Assembly: GCF_001194135.2 (NCBI RefSeq)
Contig: NC_068984.1
Location: 104,880,173 to 104,944,172, forward strand
Length of the DNA stretch: 64,000 nucleotides
Direction: 5' to 3'
Source: Octopus bimaculoides
Lineage: Eukaryota
Position 1 is the stretch's first letter. Each line of letters starts with the position of its first letter. This document shows, piece after piece, positions 10,490-23,742 of this stretch. The translations under genes were made by a program, and so were the position numbers. A model generated the notes under the pieces. It did not search any database and was not told the DNA's origin. It saw nothing but the letters and a program-made list of their open reading frames with translations.

Positions 10490-12300
10490 ATGTCATCATG
10501 TTGAGATTCCAGTTGCAGATCGACCTTACATGACTTTCGAAGCACAAGGAAAATTGTATCAAAGCAAACGTATTGCTTTCAGACCTACAAATACAGTGCC
10601 CTGTTTCCAGAGAGTGATTGATAATATAATCGAAAGCCATAATCGTAGAGCTACTTTTGCATATATCGACAACATAACTGTGTGGTAAATCAAAGGAAGA
10701 ACATAATCAAAATTTAAAACATTTTCTTCAAGTTGCTAAAGACTGTTAGTCTATTTGCGTATTATTCCAAATGGATTCTAAAATTCTCTGACAAAAAAAA
10801 ACTGTTGGTTGATGCAAAATATTTTCCTTTGAGTGAACAAGCCTGGTCAAGTTTAAAAACATTACGAGATGATTTAGCAAATGCTACCTTAAAAATGACT
10901 GATGAAAGCCTTCCTTTCTCAATAGAAACAGGCACATCGGAGGTAGCTATATCTGGCATTTTACACCAAAATGGAAAGCCAGTTGCATTTTTTCAAGAAC
11001 CCTCAAATCAAATGAGCGTTGTTATTCTTGTATTGAAAAAGAGGCAACAGTGATTGTGGAATCAGTGAGAAAATGGTCTCATTTTCTTCTTGGATATAAC
11101 TTCACACTAATAACTGATCAAAACAGTGTTGCTTTTATGTTTAATTTTCAAAAGTGCAGTAAACCTAGAAACGAAAAGATAATGCGTTGGCAAATCAAAC
11201 TAGCCCAGTATAAATTTGATATCATTTACCGCCAAGGCAAGTTCAATGTTGCATCTGATGCTTTATCGCATGCCTATTGTGCAGCTATGACTGATAATGA
11301 ACTGTACCGTGTTCATGCAGCACTGTGTCATCCTGGGATCACATGATTGTTTCATTATATTAAAGTTAAGAATTTACCATACTCTGTAGATGATGTAAAG
11401 TGTATAACTAACAATTGTGTAATACGTTGTGAGGTGAAGCCTCATTTTACAAAAACCTCTGTTTCGTCAGTAATCAAATCTACTCAAGCTTTTGAAAGAT
11501 TGAGTGTTGATTTTAAAGAACTCCTACTTTCAGTGTCAAAGAACCATTATTTTTTAACTGTTGAAGATGAGTATTCACGTTTTTTGTTTATTTTTCCATG
11601 CACTGATACTAGTGCTCACTTCATTATTAGTAATTTGAAGGTTTTGTTTAATCTCTTCGGATTTCATGCTGTTATTCATAGTGATAATGCTAAATGTTTT
11701 GTATCTAAATAACATACACAATTTCTGTATGATAGGGGTATAGCGATTACTCATTCTACTGTGTACAATTCTCGTGGAAATGCTCAATGTGAAAGGTATA
11801 ATGGAGTAAAATGGAATTCCATTAAATTGGCCTTACAAAGCAGAAATTTACCAGTTTCTCAATGAGAAGTTGTGCTTCCAGAAGTTTTACATTTGCAACG
11901 TTCATTATTATGCACAGCATCTAATGAGACCCCGCATGGGAGATTCTTTAAATTTCCTAGACGTTCTATGTGTGGTGTTTCTGTTCCTACTTGGTTAATG
12001 CAAGGACCTGACAAAGTGTTTGTTAAACGACATGTACGCAATAAGTATGATCCGTTAGTAGATGAAGCCCAATTGGTACAAATTAACCCTAACCACGAGA
12101 GGGTACAGTACCCAGATGGACGTGAAAGTACTGTGTCCATTAGAGATTTAGCTCCTATTGGCAAAACGACTGAGGAGTATCAGTCAAGTAAGGATCAAAC
12201 TGATGTTGCCAACACTGATCCTACTCAAGTGCATGAACACCTGGTGGTTTTTCAGATACCATGATTAATTCTGTCCTACCTACCTCAGTTCAAGAACCAG
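10490..12300 (+). pseudogene. Ty3/Gypsy LTR retrotransposon pol relic (RT C-half, RNase H, integrase; Mag-like by recollection)
   Basis: RT FQRVIDNII...FAYIDNITV; RNase H ETGTSEVAISGIL, IVESVRKW, ITDQNSV; integrase HAALCHPG (HHCC), RLSVDFK, IHSDNA, NAQCERYNG; C-terminal YPDGRESTVSIRDLAP. Multiple stops and frameshifts. Confidence 0.93.
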
Positions 12301-12474
12301 AACCTCAAACTACTTTGCACTGGCATTCATTCAGAACAAAAACAGTTCCTGATAGGTTAAATTTATGATTGATGATGTGTTATGCTTATGAAATGCCTCA
12401 TTATTACGTTGTTGTGATTGGTTCATGGTTATGTTTGTATTTTGTATTTTGTTGGTTAATTGTTCTTTTTCTTT

Positions 12475-12486
12475 AAGAAGGAAAAA
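12475..12486 (+). other. Polypurine tract of the Gypsy element
   Basis: AAGAAGGAAAAA directly before TGTTGTGA. Confidence 0.7.
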
Positions 12487-12754
12487 TGTTGTGATTTTAG
12501 TTTTGATCACGTGACTTTGATTGTCTCGATTTCTGTTATTTGCCTACAGTGCAACTGTGCAGAGTTTTGTTCTGTTTACGGCACAATGTGTTCAGTGTTA
12601 GTCAAGACTGTAGCAACTCGCTGCATAAAACTATTATTGCGTTGAAGTTTAGTTTTGCTTACAATTTAACAATCTTTGTTTGTACTGTAGATTACTGTGT
12701 TTTTAGTTGATTAAAACCTTTTAAACTTAGATATTCCAGTTTGGGTTTATAACA
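12487..12754 (+). mobile_element. 3' LTR of the Gypsy element (about 268 bp)
   Basis: Starts TGTTGTGA after the PPT, ends TTATAACA (imperfect inverted termini, TG...CA). No 5' LTR in window to confirm. Confidence 0.65.
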
Positions 12755-13339
12755 CAGTAATCAAGGAAAACTAACTTAAACAAACTAAAGAGAAAGAAAA
12801 AAAATATTTAAGTATGAACACACACAAATAAAGCAAAAAATCATAGAGAAAGAGACATTTTATAGATGTAACTTTCTCTATAATTCTCCCAACTAAGAAG
12901 ATAATGCAATACTATAGAGCAAATTGTACATTAAGAGGTGCAACCAAATTGAATGTAATTTTTTTTTAGCAATGATGATCCAGTTCTAAGCTACATTTTG
13001 AGATAAAATAATTGAAATTTGGTTCATTAAAAAGAAAGTTAGGTCAAAAATGGGAGAGAGAGACAAAAATTTGACTTGAATCAAAACACTTCAGTTATTT
13101 TGAATGCAAAGTATAAATTAATTGGGTTTAAAAGAATGTGCTCATTAAGAAGTATCTTTTGATGAAAACCTTGTTAAAAAGTATAAGCTATGAAAAAAAA
13201 TAGGGTGGCTTTAAGTGACAAAAAAAAAAAAAATGGTAAGTAACCCACAAAATTGATTTCTCAGCTATAGTAAAAGTAAACTATACAATAGTTGTATTCA
13301 AATGAAAGAGCCTAATGAGATGAATCTTATGGTGAAATT

Positions 13340-13575
13340 TCACAACTATCCAGCGTTGCACCTTATAAATAATGATCATGCAATTTGCCTTTCACTCTGA
13401 GAGAGAAACACTTTGTTGCCAGCAGAGGTAATAATTTTTTGAATATTTTATGCCCCATTTTTATTCAGGAAACTATGCTTCTGGAACACTCACCTTCACT
13501 ATTAATTAGGTTATCTAGGTATCAAAAGCTATCATCTACTTTTAGGAAGTTTTCCAAGCATTTGGAAATTAATCT
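13340..13575 (-). mobile_element. RTE LINE RT C-terminal fragment
   Basis: Reverse complement matches the LEVVDSF.YLG...LLPLLATK..SLRVKG segment of the copy at 19290-19500. Confidence 0.75.
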
Positions 13576-13810
13576 CATCTGTTCTTGGCTTTCACTTAGG
13601 TTAGGGATCTCATTACAGGCTCATAAGACCTACTACTGGTACTGCCTAAACCAGTGGTACCTGTTTCATGGTTGAGTGGTTGATGACTAAACCAGCTCGC
13701 ACACTTGAGTAACTTGCTACACTTGTGAGGAGGGTGTTTGAACATCTGACAAGACTAAAGACAAGATGTATTGAAGGGCAGATGAACTTGTGGTCCAACG
13801 GCCCACATGT

Positions 13811-13861
13811 GGGGAAGGCAATGGCAAACCACTCCAATATCTCTGCCAAAAAAACTCTATG
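13811..13861 (+). mobile_element. RTE/BovB-like 5' UTR motif
   Basis: GGGGAAGGCAATGGCAAACCACTCCAATATCTCTGCCAAAAAAAC resembles the recalled BovB/Bov-A motif GGAGAAGGCAATGGCAACCCACTCCAGTATTCTTGCC. Confidence 0.6.
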
Positions 13862-13879
13862 AGAAAGTCAGGACAAAGT

Positions 13880-14150
13880 TCTGCTGTAGCATCATCTGAC
13901 AGAACTTGTGCTTCATTGGGAAGACTTTTGTTGTAGTGTCATTAGCATGTGGCAAAAATGTATGATATATAATGAAACGATGATTCTTAACTGTTAACTA
14001 TTCTTGTTCCTTTGGTAGTCTGCCTTCCCAGATATCCTGTTTGTCATCTTACTATAGATCTTGTGCATCCATTGTTTACAATGGAACAATGTATGGAATA
14101 CCAGCCAACTTTTTCACTACACATTGAATATAGGCAATTCCTTAATGACA
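13880..14150 (-). mobile_element. Second RTE-type C-terminal relic
   Basis: VKKLAGIPYI...GRLPKEQ resembles the RTE post-RT region; decayed. Confidence 0.4.
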
Positions 14151-14775
14151 GTAGGATCTTGTCTTGTGCCTGATAACTGAAATACTAGTCTTTGCTAAGG
14201 TTTACTTCATTCTTTTACTTGTTTCAAACACTAGACTAGAGCCATGATAGGGCACCCATCTTGAAGGGCTGAGGTTGAAGAAATTGCCTCAGTACTTATT
14301 CTTTTTTAAATATAATTTAAATAAATTTTCTTATCTAATTTAAAGAATCTTTTATTCTTTTTAAACCTGTTACTTATTCATTCGGTGTCTTTTTGCTGAG
14401 TTACTAAGATGTAGGGATATAAACAAGTCAAGCAGTTGTCAATCAGTATCAAGACAAACACAAAGACACATACACACATGCATACATATATACATAAACA
14501 CACACATGCTTACATATACACATAAACACACACACATGCATACATATATACATAAACCCACACACATATATAGACATTAGGAAGGGCATCCAGCCAGAGA
14601 AACCTTGCCTAATCAGATTGGAACCTGGTGCAGCTCCCCAGCTTACCAGTTTTCAGTCAAACCATCCAGCCCATGCCAGCATGGAAAACAGACATATGAG
14701 ATGATGTATATATATATATAAAAATAAGCGTGCATGTGTGTGTGTGTGTGTGTGTGTACAATGGGTTTACACACA

Positions 14776-14920
14776 GGTTTTGTCTACCACATTCACACTC
14801 AAGGTATTGGTTGACCAAGGGGTATAGAAGAAGACACTTATCCAAGGTGCCATGTAGTTGGACTGAACCCAAAACCACCCAGTTGAGAAGAAAACTTCTT
14901 AACCACCTGTGTCTGTGCTT
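14776..14920 (-). mobile_element. tRNA-derived SINE family A (CORE-like start)
   Basis: Reverse complement has B-box-like GGGTTCAGTCC then CACCTTGGATAAGTGTCTTCT; same family as other copies listed. Confidence 0.75.
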
Positions 14921-15714
14921 TTTGACTGTACAATTTGGAATTTCCTCCCTGTATCTTTGACTTATTCTGTTATAAGAGCTTAATCATTGTCATGCAAGAA
15001 TTCCATTGGGCAACCAGTCTTAAATTCCTCTCTTAAGGCCTAGAGAACTATAATATACCGAAAGGGGCTGAGAAGAAAGCCTTGATTTACACCAGCAGAA
15101 CACATGTAAAACAAAATATGTACTAACTGATAGAGGGATATAAATAATGATAAGCAGATTGGTCCAGTGAGACAAATTACAAAAATCATCTTCTAAATAT
15201 ATATATATTTTTAAATACATTGTGGCTGTCATTTCTAATGATGATAGTAACTGATGAGAAGCATAATAAAGAGACAGGATGTCTATTGAACATAGTGGAA
15301 CTGATAGGAAAGACCAATCTGATAAAGCATACTTATTAAATTACCTAGTTTGGTGCCTGATGCTATAAAGATGGAGTCAAGATGGATCAGTGCTGAGACA
15401 TGTGATGGATCAAACAGGGAAGAAAGTGGAAAGATGGAAAGGAGGAGGGGTGGAGAAAGGAAGGAAGGAGAAACTTGATAAGTAACCAATGAAAGTCATA
15501 CTGTGGAACATTGAACAGCAGAGATGGAAGATAGAATGGCCAACAAAGAAGTGAATTAGCAAAAATGACTTTCATAGTTGTTCATGTAATATAGAAATGC
15601 TGAAGTAAGAGTTAACCATTTCATTTCTACATTGATATCATACAGATGTTTGGTTCTTAAATAAAAGAATGATATTTGTATCGCAAAAGAAAAAAAATGA
15701 TTTTGTTTATTGTT

Positions 15715-15768
<54 letters not shown>

Positions 15769-16690
15769 AATAAATACATATACACACTTTGCTATCAATA
15801 ATCCAAATTAATTAACACAAGAGAATTAAGTGCCAACACAATGTGGCTGGCATGATAAGTTTCATTAATCAAAACTATATCCATATTGAGGAGAGGTAAG
15901 CAGTGTTGAGCAATGACTAGGAAAATTTTTCTGAAATAGATTGATGCACCAGAGTCCTAATTAATAAAACTTGGAAGCAGGCAATATAGTAAGGGGGAAG
16001 AACGGTTTGATCTTTGCTAAATAAAGGGACAACTGAGATGTTTCATTATAATCCGACCTTCTTAGCAAAGCATAAATATTCAAATGCCTGTCTGTGCAAC
16101 AGTGTACATATAATATAACCTGCAGATCAACACTTCCAAGAAAGATATGAACTAGGAGAAAATTCCTGGGGACCCCTATCCTGGGCTAGAAAGAATGGGA
16201 ATAGTGGTCATTGCAAGGAAAGATGGAGAGATGAGAGGATCAGGGGTTCCTAAGTGGTGGAAGTATGAAACCAGCCAGCTCTGAACCTGAAACCATGTGA
16301 TTTGGAAGTGAACTTCTTACCATATGGCCATTTCTCTCAAGAATGTATCAAGATTTTCATTTATTGAATGTAGACTCCATAATTTCCTTCTAAAATATAT
16401 TACAGATAATTATTGCATGGTGCCTCTCTTTACTTCTCTCACCTGACAAATATTCTCATTAGAATATTTCACACATTTTCTCAGTATCCAACTGTCAGTT
16501 TGTCTGCCTAGGAAAGAAAATGCTGTTGCTTTCAAGTCTATCAAGGAGTCAGTTGTTTAAGTTTCTGATGTTTAAGTGAAAGTTTATCACAAATCAAAGG
16601 CTTGGATAACATATGTAATGTTTGATAAAAACAGAATAAGAACAGCATAATTATGGTCTCTGGATCATAAAATAAGGGCTAAAATTGATA

Positions 16691-16846
16691 GGCACAGGCA
16701 TAGCAGTGTGGTTAAGAAATTCACTTTCTGACCATGTGGTTCTGGGTTGAGATCCTCAGTGTGACAACTTGGGTAGATGTCTGCTTCAGTAACCCAAGCC
16801 AACTGAACCCTTTTGGGTGGATTTGGTAAAGAGAAACTGTATGGAA

Positions 16847-16848
<2 letters not shown>
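16691..16848 (+). mobile_element. SINE family A
   Basis: ggcacaggcatagcagtgtggttaagaa...gtggatttggtaaagagaaactg. Confidence 0.75.
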
Positions 16849-16885
<37 letters not shown>

Positions 16886-18213
16886 TTGTGTGTGTGTGTA
16901 TATGTATTTATTTCCTTGTATGACATTAAATGAAAACTATAAACAAGTATCACTGTCATACAAGCAGTATCATTCATTATCAATCTTCTGTGAAAACATG
17001 CCCAGTCAGGAGAATGTATTAAACTGCTTGTAAATAAGTGAAGGTTGGTGACAGGAAGGGCATCCAGTCATAGAAAATTTGCTTTAACAAATTCTCTCTG
17101 ACCTATGCAAACGTGAGAAAGAACATATTAAGATGATGATGATGCTGATTCATGATATATTAGAGCCAATTAAACTGATTACATCCCTTCTTTCAATGTC
17201 TGACCTCATTTGCTAAGAAGCAGCAGTGAAGTTTTGATGAACCAAGTCTGTAATCTAGTTTTCGTTCCCAGTCAGAGCCAATGGAGAAGATAATTCAAAT
17301 AGCAATGATCTCAAACCTTCATGCAAGAATTAATTTATGAAGCCATAGCCACTGTGAACTGAATCAGCAGCTTAATATTTATTCCAACTTCAAACCATTT
17401 CATTTATGTCATAAATATCCTTGATAAAGTTATAAATGTTTATAATGTTTCCTATTTATTATGAAATTAACTTCAAAGTAGATGACACAAATATAATCTG
17501 AAATTTTCATTTGGTAACAATACTCAGTTTTGCTTCTCAAATTTCTGAGTTCAAATCCTACCTAAGTCATATCTTCAGTTTTTATCCTTCTTTGATTACC
17601 AAAATAAGCTTTATGATAGAGTCATTAAGTTACTCTACCCTTTAAACATTATCCTTCTAATGAAGAGAACTTAGCAAGAAGTCAACTTTATTTTCAGTTT
17701 ACATTATTTGAATGAAGGTAAGTGTATGTTGTCTTTACAGTTTCAGAATGTAAATTGGTGAGCTTCATTGAATAATCCAACATCTTGATCATTGCTTTTA
17801 ACCTATCAATGGTCCATAAAATAAAATAATATTTCATTAAATACTAGAAGCAATCCAGTTGACTATGTTTCTCTCAGTGCCAGACCTATAGAGCAGTAAT
17901 TCTCAAATGGTGTGCTGCAACATACTGGTGCACCTAAAGGGATATCTAGGAGCACTCATCATCTTCGTTTTAATGTCCTCTTTTCCTTGTTTGTATGGAT
18001 CAGATGGAATTTGTTGAGGCAGATTTGTTACAGACCGATACCTTTCCTATCATCAACTTTCACCTGTTTCCAAGCAAGATCATATTACTCCATGTCCAGG
18101 CATGTTTTACACAGAAGTTTGGAAACAAAAAATATTATTTCTATAACAATAATGCTTGTTTACAACCATCATGTGATGTACACACAAACACACAAAAACA
18201 TGCATGAATACAT

Positions 18214-18285
<72 letters not shown>

Positions 18286-18291
18286 GTATAT

Positions 18292-20295
18292 ATGAAGATA
18301 GCGAAAACCCCTGGCCCATCAGGAATCACCGCTGGGATGCTTAAAATATTTGGCAGTGTGGGTTATGGTCTACTCACTCGTATTGTAAATCAGGTGGTTC
18401 ATGAAGGAGTCAAAAATAAATGACTGGTGTAGCAACACCATAGTCAACTGCTACAAAGGTAAAGGTGATGCCTTAGAAATAAGTACAGAAGTATCAAATT
18501 GTTGGATCAGGTGATGAAAGTTACAGAGAGGATCATAACCCAACTAATTAGGGAGAGAGTTAGTCTAGATGAGATGTAATTTGGTTTTGTGCCAGGGAGA
18601 AGCATCACTGATGGTAAGGCAGCTGCAGGAAAAATACATAGCTGAAGATAAACCTCTGTACTTGGCTTTTGTTGACTTGGAGAAAGCCTTTGACAGGGTC
18701 CCCTGCTCCTTTATCTGGTGGTCAATGCAGAAACTAGGGATAGATGAACGGTTGGTGAGAGCTATATAAGCCATGTACAGGGATACTACCAGTAAGGTGA
18801 GGGTTGGCAATGAGTACACTGAAAAATTCAGGGTAAAAGTAGGAGTTCACCAGGGATCAGTCATCAGCTCCGTCTTGTTCATCACAGTCCTCCAGGCAAT
18901 AACAGAGCAATTCAAGATGGGCTGCTCATGAGAGCTCCTCTATGTTGGTGACCTTGTTCTTATTGCTGAATCACCACCAGAACTAGAGTAGTTTCAGGTA
19001 TGGAAGCAAAGTCTAGAATCAAAGGGCCTCAGAGTTAACCTAACAAAAACTAAAGTCTTAGTAAGTAGGAATGCAGACAAATCACAAATCCCTTCAGGTA
19101 GAGGGTCCTGCTCGATCTGTAGAAAAGGCATAGAAACTCAATAAGACATACTCAGTGTAAGCTATAGACACATAAAAAGTGCAGCAATATCAGAGGAAGG
19201 TTAATGGAAAATAGCTTATGTGTGCAGGAGATGCAGAGCTACAATGAACACTGCAAATGTACAGAAAATAGACTCCGTCAACTGCCAGTGGGGTAAGCTA
19301 GAGGTAGTTGATAGCTTCCGTTATCTAGGTGACCAAGTTAGTGGAGGTGGATGCTCCAAGAGCATAGCTGTGAGAATAAGATTAGGCTGGGAAAAGTTCA
19401 GAGAGCTCCTACCTGTGCTGGCAACAAAGGGCCTCTCCCTCAGAATGAAAGGTAGATTATATGTTACTTGTGTACAAACAGCTATGCTACACGGCAGTGA
19501 AACATGGGCTGTGACAGCCAAGGACATCCATAGGCTTCAAAGAAATGAAGTCAGTATGCTTTGCTGGATGTGCAATGTCACTGTGCATGTTCAACTGAGT
19601 GTAAGCAACTTGAGAGAAAAGTTGGGTATAAGAGGCATCAGATGTGGTGTGCAAGAGAGACGACTGCACTAGTATGGTCATATGAGGTGTATGGATGAGG
19701 ACAGCTGTGTAAAGAAGCACCAATCTCTAACTGTTGAGGGAATCTGTGGTAGAGGTAGACCCAGGATGATATGGGAAAAGGTGGTGAAGCATGATCTTCA
19801 AACTTTGGGCTTCACAAAGGCAATGACTAGTGACCAAGACCTTTGGTAATATGTTTGAGAAGACCCATCAAGCCAAGTGAAATCATAGTCGTAGCTGATG
19901 CTGGTGTCACGTAACTGGCACCCATGATGGTGGCACATAAAAAGCACCTTTTTAGCATTGGGGCTCATGGAGGCAAAATGGCACATGAAAAGCTCCTGTC
20001 AAGTGTTGGGCCTCATGGAGGCAATAACTGAAACCTTTGGCATTATGTTTTGCATGAGAAAACCCATCAAGTCAAGTAAAATCACAGTCCTGGCAGATAC
20101 CATACAAGTGGCACATTAAAGCACCCATTACACTCTTGGAGTGGTTGGGTGTTAGGATGACCATCCAGCCTTAGAAACCATGCTGAATCTGACTGGAGTC
20201 TGGTGCAGCCTTCCAGCTTGCCAGCCCTGGTCAAACCACCGAATCCATGCCAGCATGGACAATGAATGCTAAATGATGATGATGATGATGATGAT
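18292..20295 (+). mobile_element. 5'-truncated RTE LINE (RT domain to 3' tail), frameshifted
   Basis: KTPGPSGITAGML; LYLAFVDLEKAFDRVP; GVHQGSV; LLYVGDL; LEVVDSFRYLG; AMLHGSETW; GRGRPRMIW; (GAT)n tail at about 20275-20295. Confidence 0.93.
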
Positions 20296-20348
20296 ATATA
20301 TATATATATATATATAAATATATACACACACACACACATATATATACA

Positions 20349-20415
<67 letters not shown>

Positions 20416-22410
20416 CAGGCTTCTACTAGGTATCACTAAAGAGCACTATACAATGGAGACAAACACAGTTTGAACATACAAAAAGACACTTTTTACATCA
20501 ACATTTTCATGTCAAAGTAAATATTTTCTGAGGAAAATTATTTATCATTTGAAAGTTCTGGATGGGAACGTTCTTCTCATATAGTTTTAATTAAAATCCA
20601 ACAATTATATATCATGTCAGGGTCCCTCAAACACCTTGGTATTTCTATGCATTTACAAAGTTTGTCCCGTTTTTTTTTTTTTTTGTCTGCTGAACAGTAG
20701 CCCTCATTCTAATTCAATGCACTTGAGTGCCATAACCTGAGTTGTGTTAAAAATCATACTCTTATAAAGAGGATGGTCTTCACTTTATTTTGATATAAAA
20801 ATCGATGGGAATAGTTCAGATAATAGTTACAAAATAGAAAAGTGAAAATTTCATTGTTGATTTTTGCTTAGAAAAGGAAAATATCTCACAAATTCAATGT
20901 AATCATTGATAATTCTGGTCATAATATGGTGATGAAGGGCAAAGCGAGTAAAAATGGTGGCTTATTGACCCTGCTTGCCAAACTGACATATTCATGTGTG
21001 GTGAGAAGTAAAACTGAATACAAACCCAAGGCTTCAAATCTTGAACAGGCAAGAATTTCAAGAAATGGATAAACTTGTAAACATATTTCTACAAAAAATG
21101 CACTAAATTGAGTTTAATAAGTCTTCTAGAGCCCAAACTTAGCATGAAACCATTGTATTAAGAATGTTGTTTAATCCCTCTTGCTGTTTAAGCCACTTGA
21201 TAAACCAAGTGGATATTTCATTTAATTTTTCTTTGAGAGATATTGGTCAAATTCTTCAGATAAAAATATCATATTGTGCAATGAATATAATTTTGTAGAC
21301 TATTAAAATAAAATGTGATGCTCTTCTTCCGATTTTGAAAATAGTTGGTATAATTTGTGTTAGTGCTTGCATATTCATTTTGGATTTCTTTTCTCTCTCT
21401 CCTACTAACGAGTTTGCTGTAAGTTACAGATGTTGTTAATGTCTTTAATTTATGTTTTTAATGCTTAAAGCAAGGAATTAGTTTTCATGATTTGTTTGCT
21501 TTTTAACTTAGGTCTACATGCAATTCTGAGAAAGGTATCTGGTGGTTGTGGGATGTGCTAGAAACAACAGCCAAATCTCCCTTAAATCACACATCTTTTC
21601 ATATGAAAATATTTTCAAATTTAAAAAAAAAATTTCTGCCCAAAAGCCTTCTCCCATCGTTTTTAAGTGTGTAGTGCAAACAAAATTGGTCCAAATCAGT
21701 CCGGCAGTAGCAGGGGATGGAAGGGGGTAATGGTGGGTAAAAAATTATAAATTTTCCAAAATTCTTTTCATAAAATGCTTACCCCACATCATTTCCAAGA
21801 CCACAATGCAAAAAAAAAAAAATTGGAAAACTCCCTGTCAAAACAGGAGAAAATCTAACTTATGTGAGCGTCATGATTTGAAACTGTCATCTATAATCAT
21901 TTTTAATAGTCCATTAAAATTTTATGAAATTCCAAGATCTCAGGATTTATTTAGTTCCATACCACCTACAAACGTGCAAAAACTCAAGTCCCTGTGACTT
22001 GTACTTTTGGATTTTACTAGGTTTGAAAACACAGTGAAATATCTGTTTGCGACATGTAACAAGATATATTTTACATAAATATTTTTTAAAATTGCCCAAA
22101 AAAAGTTTTCTTTCCAAGAATCTGAAAAAAAAAATAGGCAACTGATATACTAAGGCCACTAATAATTTGTGAAATTTGAAGATGATTATCACCTCAGTTT
22201 CAAAGATATATCACAAATATGGCTAATTATCAATTTAGGCTAATTAGGCAAGATTTCAACCAATTTGCTGACCATTCAAATTCTTATATTTCCTAAAACA
22301 TTCACCCAAATTTTACAAATGAGGTATCAAAATGTTTCTTTTTGGATGTTCTCCAAGAAAAATTACAGTAAAAATAACATTTAAATATTTTCAAATATTC
22401 ATAGTGATAC

Positions 22411-22572
22411 CTACTTCTACCAATTTCCATCTACTAAATCTATTCACAGGACTATGGTTGGCTCAGAGCTATTGTAGAAGACACTTGACCCAGGTAGTGC
22501 ACAATGGAACTGAACTAGAACCTATATGGCTGTGAAACAAGCTTCTTAACCACACAACCACACCTGCACTGT
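22411..22572 (-). mobile_element. SINE family A
   Basis: Reverse complement gcaggtgtggttgtgtggttaagaagcttg...gttcagttcc...tgggtcaagtgtcttctac. Confidence 0.78.
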
Positions 22573-22725
22573 GGCTATTTAAAAATATAACTTCAGGTTT
22601 TAGAAAATCCATACTAACTCTTGAATATCTTGAAATTATGCTACTTATAAATTTGTTAGACACAAATATGATTAATAAATTAACAAAATGTAATAAACAG
22701 TTGTTTATTATATTTTTCTGCTGAG

Positions 22726-23742
22726 ATGCTTAAAATAAGTGGTAGAGTAGGATACAGTCTAGTCATCTGCATAGTTAATCATGTTACTCAGGAAGATGCA
22801 ATCCCCGGCGACTGGTGTAGTAGCTGCTTCAAGGGCAAGGGAGATGCCTTAGATAGAAGTAATCATAGGGGCTTTAAATTGCTGGACCAGGTGATGAAAT
22901 TTATGGAGAGAGTTATAGCCCAATTAATTAGGAACATAATTAGACTAGATGAATTGCAATTTGGAATTGTGCTGGGGAGAAGCACTACTGACACTATTTT
23001 CATTGTCAGACAATGACAAGAGAAGTATTTAGCTAAGAATAAGCCATTGTACTTGGCATTTGTTGATCTGGAGAAATCCTTAGACAGAGTACCTTCCTCT
23101 GTGATATGGTGGTCTCTGGGAAGCTAGGGATAGATGAATGGCTTGTAAAAGCAGTAAAGGCCATGTACAGGAATGTTGTTAGTAATGTAAAGGTTAGTCA
23201 TGAGTACAGTGATTAATTTTGTGTACAGGTAGGTGTTCATCAAGGCCTGGTCCTCAGCTCCCTCCTATTCCTCACCATTCTCCAGGCCATAACAAGAATT
23301 TAAAACTGACTGCCCATTGTAACTATAATATTCTGATAATCTTGCCTCATAGCAGAATCTGTAACAGAACTAGAAAAAAAATTCCAGGTGTGGAAGCTAA
23401 ACCTGGAACTGAAGGGCCTTAATGTTAAATTAGAATAGACCAAGGTCCTAGTAAGCAATAAAATGGACAGGACCATACCCCATGAGGTAAATGGCCCTAC
23501 TTAATATGAAGGAAAGACATAGGCAGGAAATCCATTGAGTGTACCCAGTGCAAGCTATGGGCACACAAAAGGTGCAGTGGAATAATAGGAAGGTTAACAG
23601 AGAAAGCATTATTTGTATGTAGAAGATATACAGGAGCCGTAAGATCTACAGATACACAGGAAATTGATATTCTGAAATTCCCCAGAAGCTCTCTAGAGGT
23701 AGTGGATAATTTTTGCTACCTAGGTGACTTAATTAGCAATAG
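22726..23742 (+). mobile_element. RTE LINE internal RT fragment
   Basis: KGKGDALDRSNHRGFKLLDQVMK...QFGIVLGRSTTDTIFIVRQ*QEKYLAKNKPLYLAFVDLEKSLDRVP; same family as 18292-20295. Confidence 0.9.

Noticed and set aside
20600-22330. Possible transposase/MITE relics
   Set aside because: Looks repeat-derived but no motif or terminus could be identified in any frame.
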